Origin: Candidatus Latescibacterota bacterium | GTDB lineage: Bacteria > Latescibacterota > UBA2968 | Assembly (NCBI GenBank): GCA_965204375.1 | Contig: OZ241986.1 | Coordinates: 672,001-736,000 of the forward strand | Length of the DNA stretch: 64,000 bases | Reading direction: 5' to 3' | Shown here: one piece after another, positions 48,327 through 57,517 of the stretch | How positions within the stretch are numbered: position 1 is the first letter of the stretch | Layout of the letters: every line of letters starts with the position of its first letter | Made by a program: the position numbers and the translations under genes | The notes under the pieces: generated by a model | Databases searched by the model: none | What the model was told of the DNA's origin: nothing | What the model saw: only the letters and a program-made list of their open reading frames with translations

Positions 48327-49559
48327 ATGCTTACTTCCGACCTTTTGCTCGTGCGCCGCCGTGGGCCTTATATCGAGCCTCGCTATGTGGATACTACAGC
48401 GCCCAATATTATCGCGCTGGCAGAGGAAATTATCGATATCTTCTCCGATCACCAGGGCAAGTCGCGGGGTGAATTACACAGTGCGCTGGACCTGCGTGCG
48501 GCCGAGGCAACGGATTATCGCGTTCAACGCGGTCTGACGAAATTGCTCGAAGATGATCGCTGTGAGTTTCGCATTGACAGCATTGTAGAACCCGAAGAAA
48601 TTCGCACACAGGTTTTTGGTCTCAGCCGAGAGAATCACCCCGTTGTCCGCGAACCCGATCTTCTCTATCCCGTCACACGCGAACACATTCTCGGCCAGGT
48701 CGCGCTCAAATATCAGACCTCGTCGGAAAATATCGCGCATAGCCTCTACGCAGACCTTCCCGTCAATCACTATCTCGATCGCTTTGACGCCCCCGATCCC
48801 GCGTGGTTGCTCAACCGCTACAATGTCGCACTCGCGCAGGCCATGTTCTATCGCTGCACTCGCATGCGACTCTCGGTGCATCGCAACTTGCCCGTGCGCT
48901 ACAAACAACTTTTCAAGTTTATCAAATTTTATCGCTTGATTCACGACATTCGCGGAGACCGGGATGCGGGATACGAAATCGTTCTCGACGGTCCTGTGAG
49001 TCTGTTTCGTCTCTCGCAAAAATACGGCATTCAGATGGCTGTTTTTTTGCCTGCGCTGCTCCTGTGTACCCGATGGAAAATGGAAGCCAAGGTCAAGCTC
49101 AAAGACGGTCGCGAAGGCGATTTTGTCTTGGATGACAACCACAATTTGATTTCGCATTACAAAGATCAGACGGTGTACGATTCTCTTCTCGAAGAGACTT
49201 TTGCTACGCGCTTTGAAAAAGCCAAAACCGACTGGGAACTTGAACGCGAAACAGAGATTGTGAATCTCAAGAATACGGTCTTCATTCCCGATTTTATTTT
49301 TCGCCATCCCGATGGCCGCACGGCACTGCTCGAGATTGTCGGTTTCTGGCATCCCGATTATCTGAGGCGCAAACTCGACAAGCTTCGCCGCGCCAATCGC
49401 AAAGACCTCGTCGTCGCTGTTTCTCGTGATCTCAATGTCGAGGAAGAAGATTTCGAGGATGTGCCCGGGCATGTTTTCTTTTTTAAAACCCGAATCCAAC
49501 CCCAGGATGTCGCCCGACGCCTCGATCAAATTCGCCCTGAAGATTGCGTAAATGATTGA
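48327..49559 (+). CDS. DUF790 / Bax1-like PD-(D/E)xK endonuclease
   Basis: MLTSDLL, LYADL, RYN..LAQ, DGP.SLF....YG, IPDF...H..G....LEIVGFW.P.YL..K. Confidence 0.9.
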   Translation: MLTSDLLLVRRRGPYIEPRYVDTTAPNIIALAEEIIDIFSDHQGKSRGELHSALDLRAAEATDYRVQRGLTKLLEDDRCEFRIDSIVEPEEIRTQVFGLSRENHPVVREPDLLYPVTREHILGQVALKYQTSSENIAHSLYADLPVNHYLDRFDAPDPAWLLNRYNVALAQAMFYRCTRMRLSVHRNLPVRYKQLFKFIKFYRLIHDIRGDRDAGYEIVLDGPVSLFRLSQKYGIQMAVFLPALLLCTRWKMEAKVKLKDGREGDFVLDDNHNLISHYKDQTVYDSLLEETFATRFEKAKTDWELERETEIVNLKNTVFIPDFIFRHPDGRTALLEIVGFWHPDYLRRKLDKLRRANRKDLVVAVSRDLNVEEEDFEDVPGHVFFFKTRIQPQDVARRLDQIRPEDCVND

Positions 49560-49668
49560 ACATTGCGCGGGGAAATTGTATATTTGAAACTTCTATCCTG
49601 TTCACAGCATCCCAAAATAGACAGACCTGCAAAATTCACAACACGGTTCACTTTCAAAGGAGTGCATT

Positions 49669-52566
49669 ATGCGGAAATTATTCGCCCTTACCCTTTTCGC
49701 TCTTACACTGATCGCTTCGCCTGTATTCGCGGGGTTTACGCGCGTTAATGCGCCCAATCCCGACGATCCGATGGATGTACACATTTACAAACTCGACAAT
49801 GGTCTCACCGTTTATCTCACTGAAAACCACGAGGAACCGCGATTTTATGCCGAAATCCCCGTGCGTGCGGGAAGTAAACACGATCCCGACGAATCTACGG
49901 GTCTGGCACATTATTTGGAACACATGCTTTTTAAGGGCACGCAAAATATCGGGACGTTGGATTACAAAAAAGAAAAAATTCACATCGATCGCATTATCGC
50001 GCTCTACGAAGATCACTTTCGGGAAACCGATCCCAAAAAACGCAAGGCCATTTATGCAGAGATCAACAAAGCTTCTCAACAGGCAGCACAATACGCTATA
50101 CCGAACGAACTCGACAAGCTCTACAAAGCTATGGGCGAGAGTGGCTTGAATGCACATACATGGCACGAAGAAACCGTGTACAAAGTGGGGTTGCCCAGCA
50201 ATTATCTCAAACACTGGGCAAAAATTGAGTCCGAACGGTTTCAAAACCCCGTGTTTCGCCTGTTTCAACCCGAGCTCGAAGTGGTATATGAAGAAAAGAA
50301 TCGCACATTGGACAACAAGGGCTGGCTCATCAGCGAGGCTGTGAATAAACATCTATACAAAAAGCATCCCTACGGCCAGCAAACCACGATCGGCGAGGTT
50401 GAGCATCTCAAAAACCCCTCGCTCAAAAATATGTACCAGTTTTACGACACGTATTACGTGCCCAACAATATGGCGATTTGTATTTCTGGAGATATTGACA
50501 TTGACGCGACGATTAAACTGATAGATGAACATTTCTCAGCGTGGAAAGCCAAAGATATTCCCGCGCTCCAAACATGGGAAGAACCGGCGATTAAAGGTGC
50601 CGAGCGCGTCACGGTCAAATTTCAGGGCGAAGAATACGTACTTCTGGCCTTTCGCACAAACCATCGCAGCCACAAAGACGCCGAGGCTCTAAAGCTGATT
50701 GATATGATCCTGGACAATCGCACTGCGGGGCTTATCAATCTCAATCTCGTGCAGCAGCAGAGAGTGAGACGCGCGGGAAGCTATCCCTATTTACTCAATG
50801 ATTATGGCACGCAATATCTGTGGGGCATTCCGAAAAAAGATCAAACACTCGCCGAAGTTGAGCAACTTCTGCTGGATCAAATTGCCATGATCAAACGCGG
50901 GGAATTTGACGAAAGTCTGCTGTCTGCAATTGTCACGGATTTCAAAAAGAATCAAAAGCGGGGTTTGGAATCCAATCGCAGCCGGGTCAGGCAAATGACC
51001 AGTGCGTTTTTGGGATTTGCCGAATGGGATCAAGAGGTGGCTGAAATTGCTCGTATGGAAAAAATCACGCGGGAAGATATTATCCGCGTAGCCAATCATT
51101 ATTTTGGCGAGGACTATGTTGCGGGGTATCGCATTGACGAACAACACGAATTGCCTAAGATTGATAAGCCCAAAATCGACAAAATTGATATTGATCCGAC
51201 TCGGCAATCCGAATTTGCAAAAGATGTACTGGCTATGTCTGCCGATGAGCTTTCTCCCGTTTTTGTCACCGATAAAGACTACACCATTACACAAGTGCGG
51301 GATGGCGTAAAACTCTATTATGTGAAAAATCCGGTTAATGATCTTTTCACTTTTACGCTCAGCGTAGATATGGGCACGTATCAGGATAACCGACTCGGTA
51401 CGGCCAGGTCGCTCCTGGACAAATCCGGTGCTGGCGACCTGGCTCCCAATGCGCTGAAGAGAGAATGGTACAAACTGGGTACGGATTTCAATATTGGCGT
51501 GTCAGATAATGAGACCAATATCAGGATCTCCGGCTTAGATGAAAATTTTGCGGCGTCTCTTGCGCTGATGATGAAATATATCCAGAACCCGACTGCGGAT
51601 CAGGCTACGCTCGATGAACTCGTCAAAATTACCCTCGCGCAACGCGAAGATCAAAAGAAAGACCCTCGATCTCTGCGCAATGCCCTGCGTTTCTACAGTC
51701 GCTATGGCGACAATTCGTTGTATAAACGCAGTATCTCGTCTGAAGCATTGCAAAAGCTCACGGTTGCAGAATTACACGGTTTGATATCCAGCCTGCCGAC
51801 CTATCAACATGCTCTGATTTACGGGGGTTCCAGGCCGCTGGACGAGGTTCTTGCGATACTGCAAAAACATTTCTCTGACAGTGGCGAATTGAAGACGCCC
51901 CCCGCTTATGAGTATCTGAAGGTTCACGCACCAGACAAAACCGAGATTCGATTCTTTCACAAAGAAACGGCCCAGTCGCAGGTCTTTGTCGAATTTGGAG
52001 GCGTTGCGTTTGATACGGCACTCCGTCCAGCTATTGATCTCTACAACGATTATTTTGCCGGGGGTATGTCGGGCATTGTTTTTCAGGAATTGCGCGAAGC
52101 CCGCGCACTGGCGTATTCTACATTTGCGCGGTATGACCTCGGCGGACGCAGCAATGATCAGAATGTCATGTGGGGGTATATTGGCTGCCAGGTGGACAAA
52201 ACCCCCGAAGCTGTTGCTGCGCTGGTCGAGTTGATTGACGATTTGCCCGAATCGCCCGAGCGTTTTGTAGAGGCGAAAAATTCTGTGGTCAATCGCTATC
52301 GCGTCGCCAAGATTAAATACCGTGAATTACCAGGCGTGTTGCGTATTTGGGAACACCGCAACCAGACGCCCGATCCGCGAAAAGAGCGGTTTGGTCACAT
52401 TCTCCAGGCTGAGATGCCGATTGTGTTCGATTTTCACAAGCAACATATTGCCAAACGCCCCAAACTTATCTCTATTATGGGCGATACGACCAAATTTGAT
52501 CTCAATAGTCTGAGCACTCTCGGCACGGTTACGCCCGTGACATTGGATGATTTGTTTGTGGATTAG
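49669..52566 (+). CDS. Secreted M16-family zinc peptidase
   Basis: Signal peptide; GLAHYLEH (HxxEH); NA.T; LRE.R.LAY. Confidence 0.93.
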   Translation: MRKLFALTLFALTLIASPVFAGFTRVNAPNPDDPMDVHIYKLDNGLTVYLTENHEEPRFYAEIPVRAGSKHDPDESTGLAHYLEHMLFKGTQNIGTLDYKKEKIHIDRIIALYEDHFRETDPKKRKAIYAEINKASQQAAQYAIPNELDKLYKAMGESGLNAHTWHEETVYKVGLPSNYLKHWAKIESERFQNPVFRLFQPELEVVYEEKNRTLDNKGWLISEAVNKHLYKKHPYGQQTTIGEVEHLKNPSLKNMYQFYDTYYVPNNMAICISGDIDIDATIKLIDEHFSAWKAKDIPALQTWEEPAIKGAERVTVKFQGEEYVLLAFRTNHRSHKDAEALKLIDMILDNRTAGLINLNLVQQQRVRRAGSYPYLLNDYGTQYLWGIPKKDQTLAEVEQLLLDQIAMIKRGEFDESLLSAIVTDFKKNQKRGLESNRSRVRQMTSAFLGFAEWDQEVAEIARMEKITREDIIRVANHYFGEDYVAGYRIDEQHELPKIDKPKIDKIDIDPTRQSEFAKDVLAMSADELSPVFVTDKDYTITQVRDGVKLYYVKNPVNDLFTFTLSVDMGTYQDNRLGTARSLLDKSGAGDLAPNALKREWYKLGTDFNIGVSDNETNIRISGLDENFAASLALMMKYIQNPTADQATLDELVKITLAQREDQKKDPRSLRNALRFYSRYGDNSLYKRSISSEALQKLTVAELHGLISSLPTYQHALIYGGSRPLDEVLAILQKHFSDSGELKTPPAYEYLKVHAPDKTEIRFFHKETAQSQVFVEFGGVAFDTALRPAIDLYNDYFAGGMSGIVFQELREARALAYSTFARYDLGGRSNDQNVMWGYIGCQVDKTPEAVAALVELIDDLPESPERFVEAKNSVVNRYRVAKIKYRELPGVLRIWEHRNQTPDPRKERFGHILQAEMPIVFDFHKQHIAKRPKLISIMGDTTKFDLNSLSTLGTVTPVTLDDLFVD

Positions 52567-52582
52567 CCCAAAGGATTTATAG

Positions 52583-53674
52583 ATGAAGATCACCGAGGTA
52601 AAAACATATCATTTGCGATACCCATTGCGAGAGAAGTTCGCGATTTCGAGGGGATGGTCCACGAGCCGGCAGGCGCAAGTCGTGGAGATTGCTACAGATA
52701 ATGGCTTGATTGGGTGGGGTGAGGGTACAGGCGAAGTCCATCAATCTGCGATTGATACACATATTGTGGGGCGCAGTCCGTTTGATTGTGGCGCGATCTA
52801 TCAGGCGTTGTCCGATGATGGGGTAAGCCCGAAGGCAATCAGTGGGATAGATATTGCGCTGTGGGATTTGATGGGCAAGGCTCTCGATATGCCGGTGTAT
52901 CAATTATTGGGGGGGAAGGTGAGAGACAAGATTCCCGCGTATGCTACCGGGTTATTTTGCATAGACCGCCCGGATGTGACACAAGCACTTGTCGATGAAG
53001 CAAAAGGGTATGTCGATATGGGTTTTTCAGCGATGAAAATGAAGATCGGATTTGGTGCTGATTACGATGTGAAAAATGTAGAGGCAGTTCGGCAGGCGAT
53101 AGGCGACGATGTGTTGTTTGCCGTGGATGCCAATTGTGGGTATGATGTGGGTACGGCTATTGATGTGGGGCTCAAGATCGCGCACAATGATTTGTTCTGG
53201 TATGAAGAGCCGATACCAACAGATGATGTGCGCGGGTATTTGCAGGTGAAAGATGCGTTGCCTATACGCATTGCGGGCGCGGAAGGGCTGGGTGGACGTT
53301 GGGCATTCCGCGAGTTGATCCAGCAGCGGGCACTTGATATTGTACAGCCCGATATCAGTATTGCAGGTGGGTTTAGCGAGTGTCGCATTATTGCGGCGAT
53401 GGCGAGCGCAAATTATGTGCGGGTTTTGCCGCATATGTGGGGCAGTCATATTCGGTTGGCGGCGACTGTCCACTGGCAGGCGACTATTCCCGATGCGCCG
53501 GATGCGTTGAACCCTATTCCGTCCCTGTTTGAATACGATATGACGGAGAATGAGTTGCGAACGGAGTTGGCCGTGAATCCGATCCAGGCTATAGATGGCG
53601 AAGTGCCTGTGCCCGATGCACCGGGACTGGGCATTGAGATTGATCGAGATGTGTTGGAAAAATACGCTGTTTGA
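52583..53674 (+). CDS. Mandelate racemase/muconate lactonizing (enolase superfamily) enzyme
   Basis: GWGE, DIALWDL.GK, KMKIG, VDAN, WYEEP, VQPD, PGLG. Confidence 0.92.
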   Translation: MKITEVKTYHLRYPLREKFAISRGWSTSRQAQVVEIATDNGLIGWGEGTGEVHQSAIDTHIVGRSPFDCGAIYQALSDDGVSPKAISGIDIALWDLMGKALDMPVYQLLGGKVRDKIPAYATGLFCIDRPDVTQALVDEAKGYVDMGFSAMKMKIGFGADYDVKNVEAVRQAIGDDVLFAVDANCGYDVGTAIDVGLKIAHNDLFWYEEPIPTDDVRGYLQVKDALPIRIAGAEGLGGRWAFRELIQQRALDIVQPDISIAGGFSECRIIAAMASANYVRVLPHMWGSHIRLAATVHWQATIPDAPDALNPIPSLFEYDMTENELRTELAVNPIQAIDGEVPVPDAPGLGIEIDRDVLEKYAV

Positions 53675-53708
53675 GTTGGCGTTTGATAACTAACTACAAG
53701 GGAGTAAG

Positions 53709-54875
53709 ATGAAAATTCACGAATATCAGGCTAAAGAAATTCTCAGATCTTTTGGTGTGCCCGTGCCAAATGGGGCGGTTGCTCGCACGGCCGTAGAGGC
53801 CGAAGCGATTGCCAGAGATCTCGGTGGGGCAGTGGTTGTCAAAGCGCAGATCCACGCAGGGGGCCGCGGCAAAGGGGGCGGTATTAAACTCGCATCCAAT
53901 CCTGCCGAAGCCAGAGAAGTGGCATCCGAAATTATTGGCATGCAACTCGTTACCCCGCAAACGGGTTCTGAGGGGCAAAAAGTCAAATCTGTTTGGGTGG
54001 AAAATGCGACGGATATTGACCGCGAATTATATTTGGGTATTGTGCTGGACCGCGCGCAGTCGCGTCTGGTCGTTATGGCTTCCCGTGCGGGTGGCATGGA
54101 CATTGAAGAGGTGGCTGCAACGACTCCGGAAAAAATTCTCAAAGAGGTCGTTCATCCAGGAGTGGGACTCCAGCCCTTTCAGGCGCGGCATCTCGCACTC
54201 GGTCTGGGTCTTGAAGGCGATCAACTCAAACAGGGGGTCGCATTTATCTCTGCTCTTTACAGAGCCTATGAGGAGACCGATTGTTCGCTCGCAGAAATCA
54301 ATCCTCTCGTGGTGTCCAAAAGCGGTGAAGTTCTGGCACTGGATGCCAAGATGAATTTCGATGATAGTGCGATGTATCGCCATTCCGATATTCAGACATT
54401 GCGCGATGTTGACGAGGAAGATCCGCTTGAAGTCGAAGCCTCAAAATACGATCTCAATTATATCAAACTCGACGGCGAAGTCGGTTGTATGGTCAATGGC
54501 GCAGGTCTGGCGATGGCTACGATGGATATTGTCAAATACGCGGGGTCGTCACCGGCAAACTTTCTCGATGTTGGCGGGGGAACCAATGTCGAGCGCGTCA
54601 AAAATGCGATGCGTATTCTCACGTCCGACGAATCGGTCAAAGCGGTGCTGATCAATATTTTTGGCGGTATTGTGCGCTGCGACCGCGTGGCCGAAGGCGT
54701 TGTTGCCGCGCTTGAAGATATCGAAATCAATGTGCCGCTGGTGGTGCGATTGCAGGGGACCAACGCCGAAGAAGGCGCGCAAATTCTCGAGAATTCAGGC
54801 CTTGAATTTACTGTTGCCCGAAAGCTCCAGGAAGCTGCCGAAGGCGTTGTTGCCGCGGTTCAAGATGCCGCGTAA
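53709..54875 (+). CDS. sucC: Succinyl-CoA synthetase beta subunit
   Basis: MKIHEYQAK, KAQIHAGGRGK, VNGAGLAMAT.D, NIFGGIVRCD. Confidence 0.99.
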   Translation: MKIHEYQAKEILRSFGVPVPNGAVARTAVEAEAIARDLGGAVVVKAQIHAGGRGKGGGIKLASNPAEAREVASEIIGMQLVTPQTGSEGQKVKSVWVENATDIDRELYLGIVLDRAQSRLVVMASRAGGMDIEEVAATTPEKILKEVVHPGVGLQPFQARHLALGLGLEGDQLKQGVAFISALYRAYEETDCSLAEINPLVVSKSGEVLALDAKMNFDDSAMYRHSDIQTLRDVDEEDPLEVEASKYDLNYIKLDGEVGCMVNGAGLAMATMDIVKYAGSSPANFLDVGGGTNVERVKNAMRILTSDESVKAVLINIFGGIVRCDRVAEGVVAALEDIEINVPLVVRLQGTNAEEGAQILENSGLEFTVARKLQEAAEGVVAAVQDAA

Positions 54876-54894
54876 CCCACTGCCCCAAAAAAAT

Positions 54895-54929
54895 AACAGG
54901 AGCGTATTGATGACAGTGCGCTCCTGTTT
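54895..54929 (+). terminator. Terminator-like hairpin after sucC
   Basis: aacaggagcg ... cgctcctgtt 10-bp stem. Confidence 0.6.
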
Positions 54930-54942
54930 GTTATGCCTTATA

Positions 54943-54977
54943 TTGACAATATGGCAACAATCCAGACAATATGGCAA
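54943..54977 (+). promoter_or_regulatory. Promoter/operator upstream of the ubiquitin-like operon
   Basis: TTGACA at 54943; exact 13-bp direct repeat gacaatatggcaa at 54945 and 54965. Confidence 0.5.
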
Positions 54978-55203
54978 GTTTTTCAAAATTGTACAAATCT
55001 CTAACAGAAAATAAATATTTGTTTTATATTAAATTACAAATTTTCGGATTTTGTGGTATATATATTGCTTTATTAATTACCGTTCATTATCATATGTACT
55101 CTATCCAAGAGGTGCAATCTTATGAAGGTGATAAACACTTCAGACAGTTTTGCATTACATTTGTTTCAAACCATTTGAGTTTGATTGAATTTAGGAGAAA
55201 AAA

Positions 55204-55665
55204 ATGAGCGAGAACATTAAGTATTTTATAGACGGTAAAGTTTTCACTACCTACGAATCTGAACTGACTATCGACAAGATACTAGATGAGGTGGGCCTGT
55301 CAGCTAATCAATATTATGTCGTTTCAAAGGATGGCATTGAGTATCGTGATCCTGATCAGACCATCAAGATCAATAACGGCGACTCTTTTGAGACAAGAAA
55401 ACACGAAGACTCACAAACAATGGATCAGGCCATTCGCTACAAAGTGAACGGAGAGGAACAAACAACGACAGAAAATCCCCTCACTGTGGAGATGATTCTA
55501 CGAAACGCCGGTGCTGCTGCTAGCATTGATGTTACACAAATCAACAGTTACTTTCTGGAAAACTTGGCTAGTGGTCACAAGTATGAGAACCTCACAGATA
55601 GGGTTACTATTAAAGAAGACGATCAGTTTTTAGCCGTTCACGTCGGTAGGACACCTGTGGCATGA
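55204..55665 (+). CDS. Tandem ubiquitin-like (multi-ubiquitin, two beta-grasp domains) protein
   Basis: Two copies of I.Y.(I/V)(D/N)G....T....LT...IL...G.....Y..........I...D.F; RBS aggag; adjacent to E2 and E1 genes. Confidence 0.8.
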   Translation: MSENIKYFIDGKVFTTYESELTIDKILDEVGLSANQYYVVSKDGIEYRDPDQTIKINNGDSFETRKHEDSQTMDQAIRYKVNGEEQTTTENPLTVEMILRNAGAAASIDVTQINSYFLENLASGHKYENLTDRVTIKEDDQFLAVHVGRTPVA

Positions 55666-56042
55666 GTGATTTAAATAAAATCAATAGTGAACTCAGCGAA
55701 CTTGGATTTACACCGCAGATTGTACATTTCCCTGAATTTGGCAGTGGCGAGGCTGTTGTAATCGGCTATCCCGTGACCACTGGCCGGTACAAAGGTCAGA
55801 CTTTCAAGATCGGTATCAGTTTTCAAGAGGGCGGATATCCGGAATATCCCCCACACTTTCTACATGTCCAGACTCTTCCTGCATCGCTCTTTCCGGAATA
55901 TAGTCGTCATCGTTATGCTCACTCGGATTGGTCCGTCTTTAGCGTCCCCCCAAGTGACTTCTGGGACAATCTTCCATTGGAAAAAAAGAACATGAAGACA
56001 TATCTCAACAGACACTTGACGCGGTTCTGGAACCAGATATGA
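55662..56042 (+). CDS. Prokaryotic E2/UBC-like protein (no cysteine)
   Basis: Y.V..G.Y.G, GYPEYPPH UBC-fold motif, W..FS..., W, C-terminal helix; ATGA overlaps on both sides. Confidence 0.72.
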   Translation: MSDLNKINSELSELGFTPQIVHFPEFGSGEAVVIGYPVTTGRYKGQTFKIGISFQEGGYPEYPPHFLHVQTLPASLFPEYSRHRYAHSDWSVFSVPPSDFWDNLPLEKKNMKTYLNRHLTRFWNQI

Positions 56043-57517
56043 AATATGAAGCTGTCTTGACCGAGACTATACACGAGGAGGCTTGTAACTTTCTTCTCAA
56101 GCACGTCCGCGAGGGCCGAAGACAGGAAGAACTTTGTTTCGCTCTATGGCGACCAAGTACCGGGGCGACGCGGAAGTCTGCTCTAATATTTGAGATTGTT
56201 CTACCCCGAGACAACGAACGTGATCTCCACGGGAATGTGAGCTTCGACGCCAGCTATCTGACGCGTGCCATAAGACTTGCCTCGTCAAAACAGGCAGGTT
56301 TGGCCTTCATGCACAATCACTTTGGCCCAGGTTGGCAGGGCATGAGCGAACCCGATGTGATTGCGGAACGCGATCGCATTTCCCCGCCTGCCCGCGCTAG
56401 CGGATTACCCTTGGTGGGCCTGACATTGGGAAGCGATTGCAGTTGGAGCGCAAGGTTCTGGACATGGGATAACAGACAATTTAATCGTTCGTGGTGCGAT
56501 AAGGTCAGGGTAGTCGGGCGTAAAATGAGGATCACTTTCAACGACCGCCTGATGCCTCCGCCCGAGAGGCAACCCGCGCTACGCCGGACTATCGATACTT
56601 GGGGAAAAGCGAGGCAACGCGATATCGCTCGCCTCCGGGTCGGTATCGTCGGCGTTGGAAGTGTCGGATGCATGGTGGCTGAAGCCTTGGCAAGAATCGG
56701 CGTCGAGAATCTCGTTTTGATTGATCCAGATAAAATAGAAACGCACAACCTTGACCGGCTATTATACGCAACCCATCAGGACATCGGAAAGCATAAGGTG
56801 CAATTAGCTTCAGATCACTTAAAGCACAGTGCCACGGCTGCCAACTTCAAGGTTCAGGCGCATGCGGAGGGGATTCAAACAGAGAGTTGCTATCTGGCTG
56901 CACTCGATTGCGATGTTCTGTTCTCCGCAGTGGACCGTCCCCTACCGAAGGATCTCCTCAACCGTATCGCCTATTCTCATTGTATTCCTGTAATTTCGGG
57001 TGGGGTTTTCATCGACAACAAATCCAACGGAACTATGGGACAAGCCGCGTGGAGTGTCGTGACCGCTGGTCCAGTTCGGCGTTGTCTCCGGTGTGACGGT
57101 CAATACACTACGTCGGATGTAACGATGGAACGAGACGGTTCCTTGGATGATCCCAGCTACATCGCCGTTGCGAAGACAGAAGGAGATACGCCTACGAATC
57201 AGAACGTTTTCCCATTCAGTGCTAACTTGGCGAGTTTTATGGTCATTGAAATGATTCGTCTGATCGTGGCTGAAAGCTGGTGGCCAGATGCTGGTGGCAA
57301 GTTGCACTACACCCTTATTCCTAATCGATTAACCATCTCGCAGGAAGCCTGCACCCCCAGCTGTTCGGTGTGTGCGAAAACCATGCACGGAGATCAGGAC
57401 GCTTATCCGTTCATTGTCAAGGTCTGCGAGGACTCAACGCGCTCGGCGTTGAGAAAACTGCTCGGTTCCGCCTGGAATAGACTCCGGGTTTTATTGCGTA
57501 ATAGGAGGCACCAATGA
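56039..57517 (+). CDS. JAB/JAMM peptidase - ThiF/E1 adenylase fusion
   Basis: N-terminal E...HNH-x8-S-xx-D; VGIVGVGSVG, D.D.IE..NL.R, K, CD....VD, CLRC...CSVC Zn site. Confidence 0.9.
   Translation: MKYEAVLTETIHEEACNFLLKHVREGRRQEELCFALWRPSTGATRKSALIFEIVLPRDNERDLHGNVSFDASYLTRAIRLASSKQAGLAFMHNHFGPGWQGMSEPDVIAERDRISPPARASGLPLVGLTLGSDCSWSARFWTWDNRQFNRSWCDKVRVVGRKMRITFNDRLMPPPERQPALRRTIDTWGKARQRDIARLRVGIVGVGSVGCMVAEALARIGVENLVLIDPDKIETHNLDRLLYATHQDIGKHKVQLASDHLKHSATAANFKVQAHAEGIQTESCYLAALDCDVLFSAVDRPLPKDLLNRIAYSHCIPVISGGVFIDNKSNGTMGQAAWSVVTAGPVRRCLRCDGQYTTSDVTMERDGSLDDPSYIAVAKTEGDTPTNQNVFPFSANLASFMVIEMIRLIVAESWWPDAGGKLHYTLIPNRLTISQEACTPSCSVCAKTMHGDQDAYPFIVKVCEDSTRSALRKLLGSAWNRLRVLLRNRRHQ

Noticed and set aside
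54971-55207. 78-aa ORF upstream of the Ubl gene as a sixth component
   Set aside because: AT-rich, low-complexity, no RBS, and overlaps the probable promoter region; cannot be supported
55204-57517. ThiS/MoaD-ThiF/MoeB cofactor biosynthesis or CBASS Cap2/Cap3
   Set aside because: The Ubl is two-domain without GG, an E2-like gene is present, there are no thi/moa genes, and no CD-NTase is encoded
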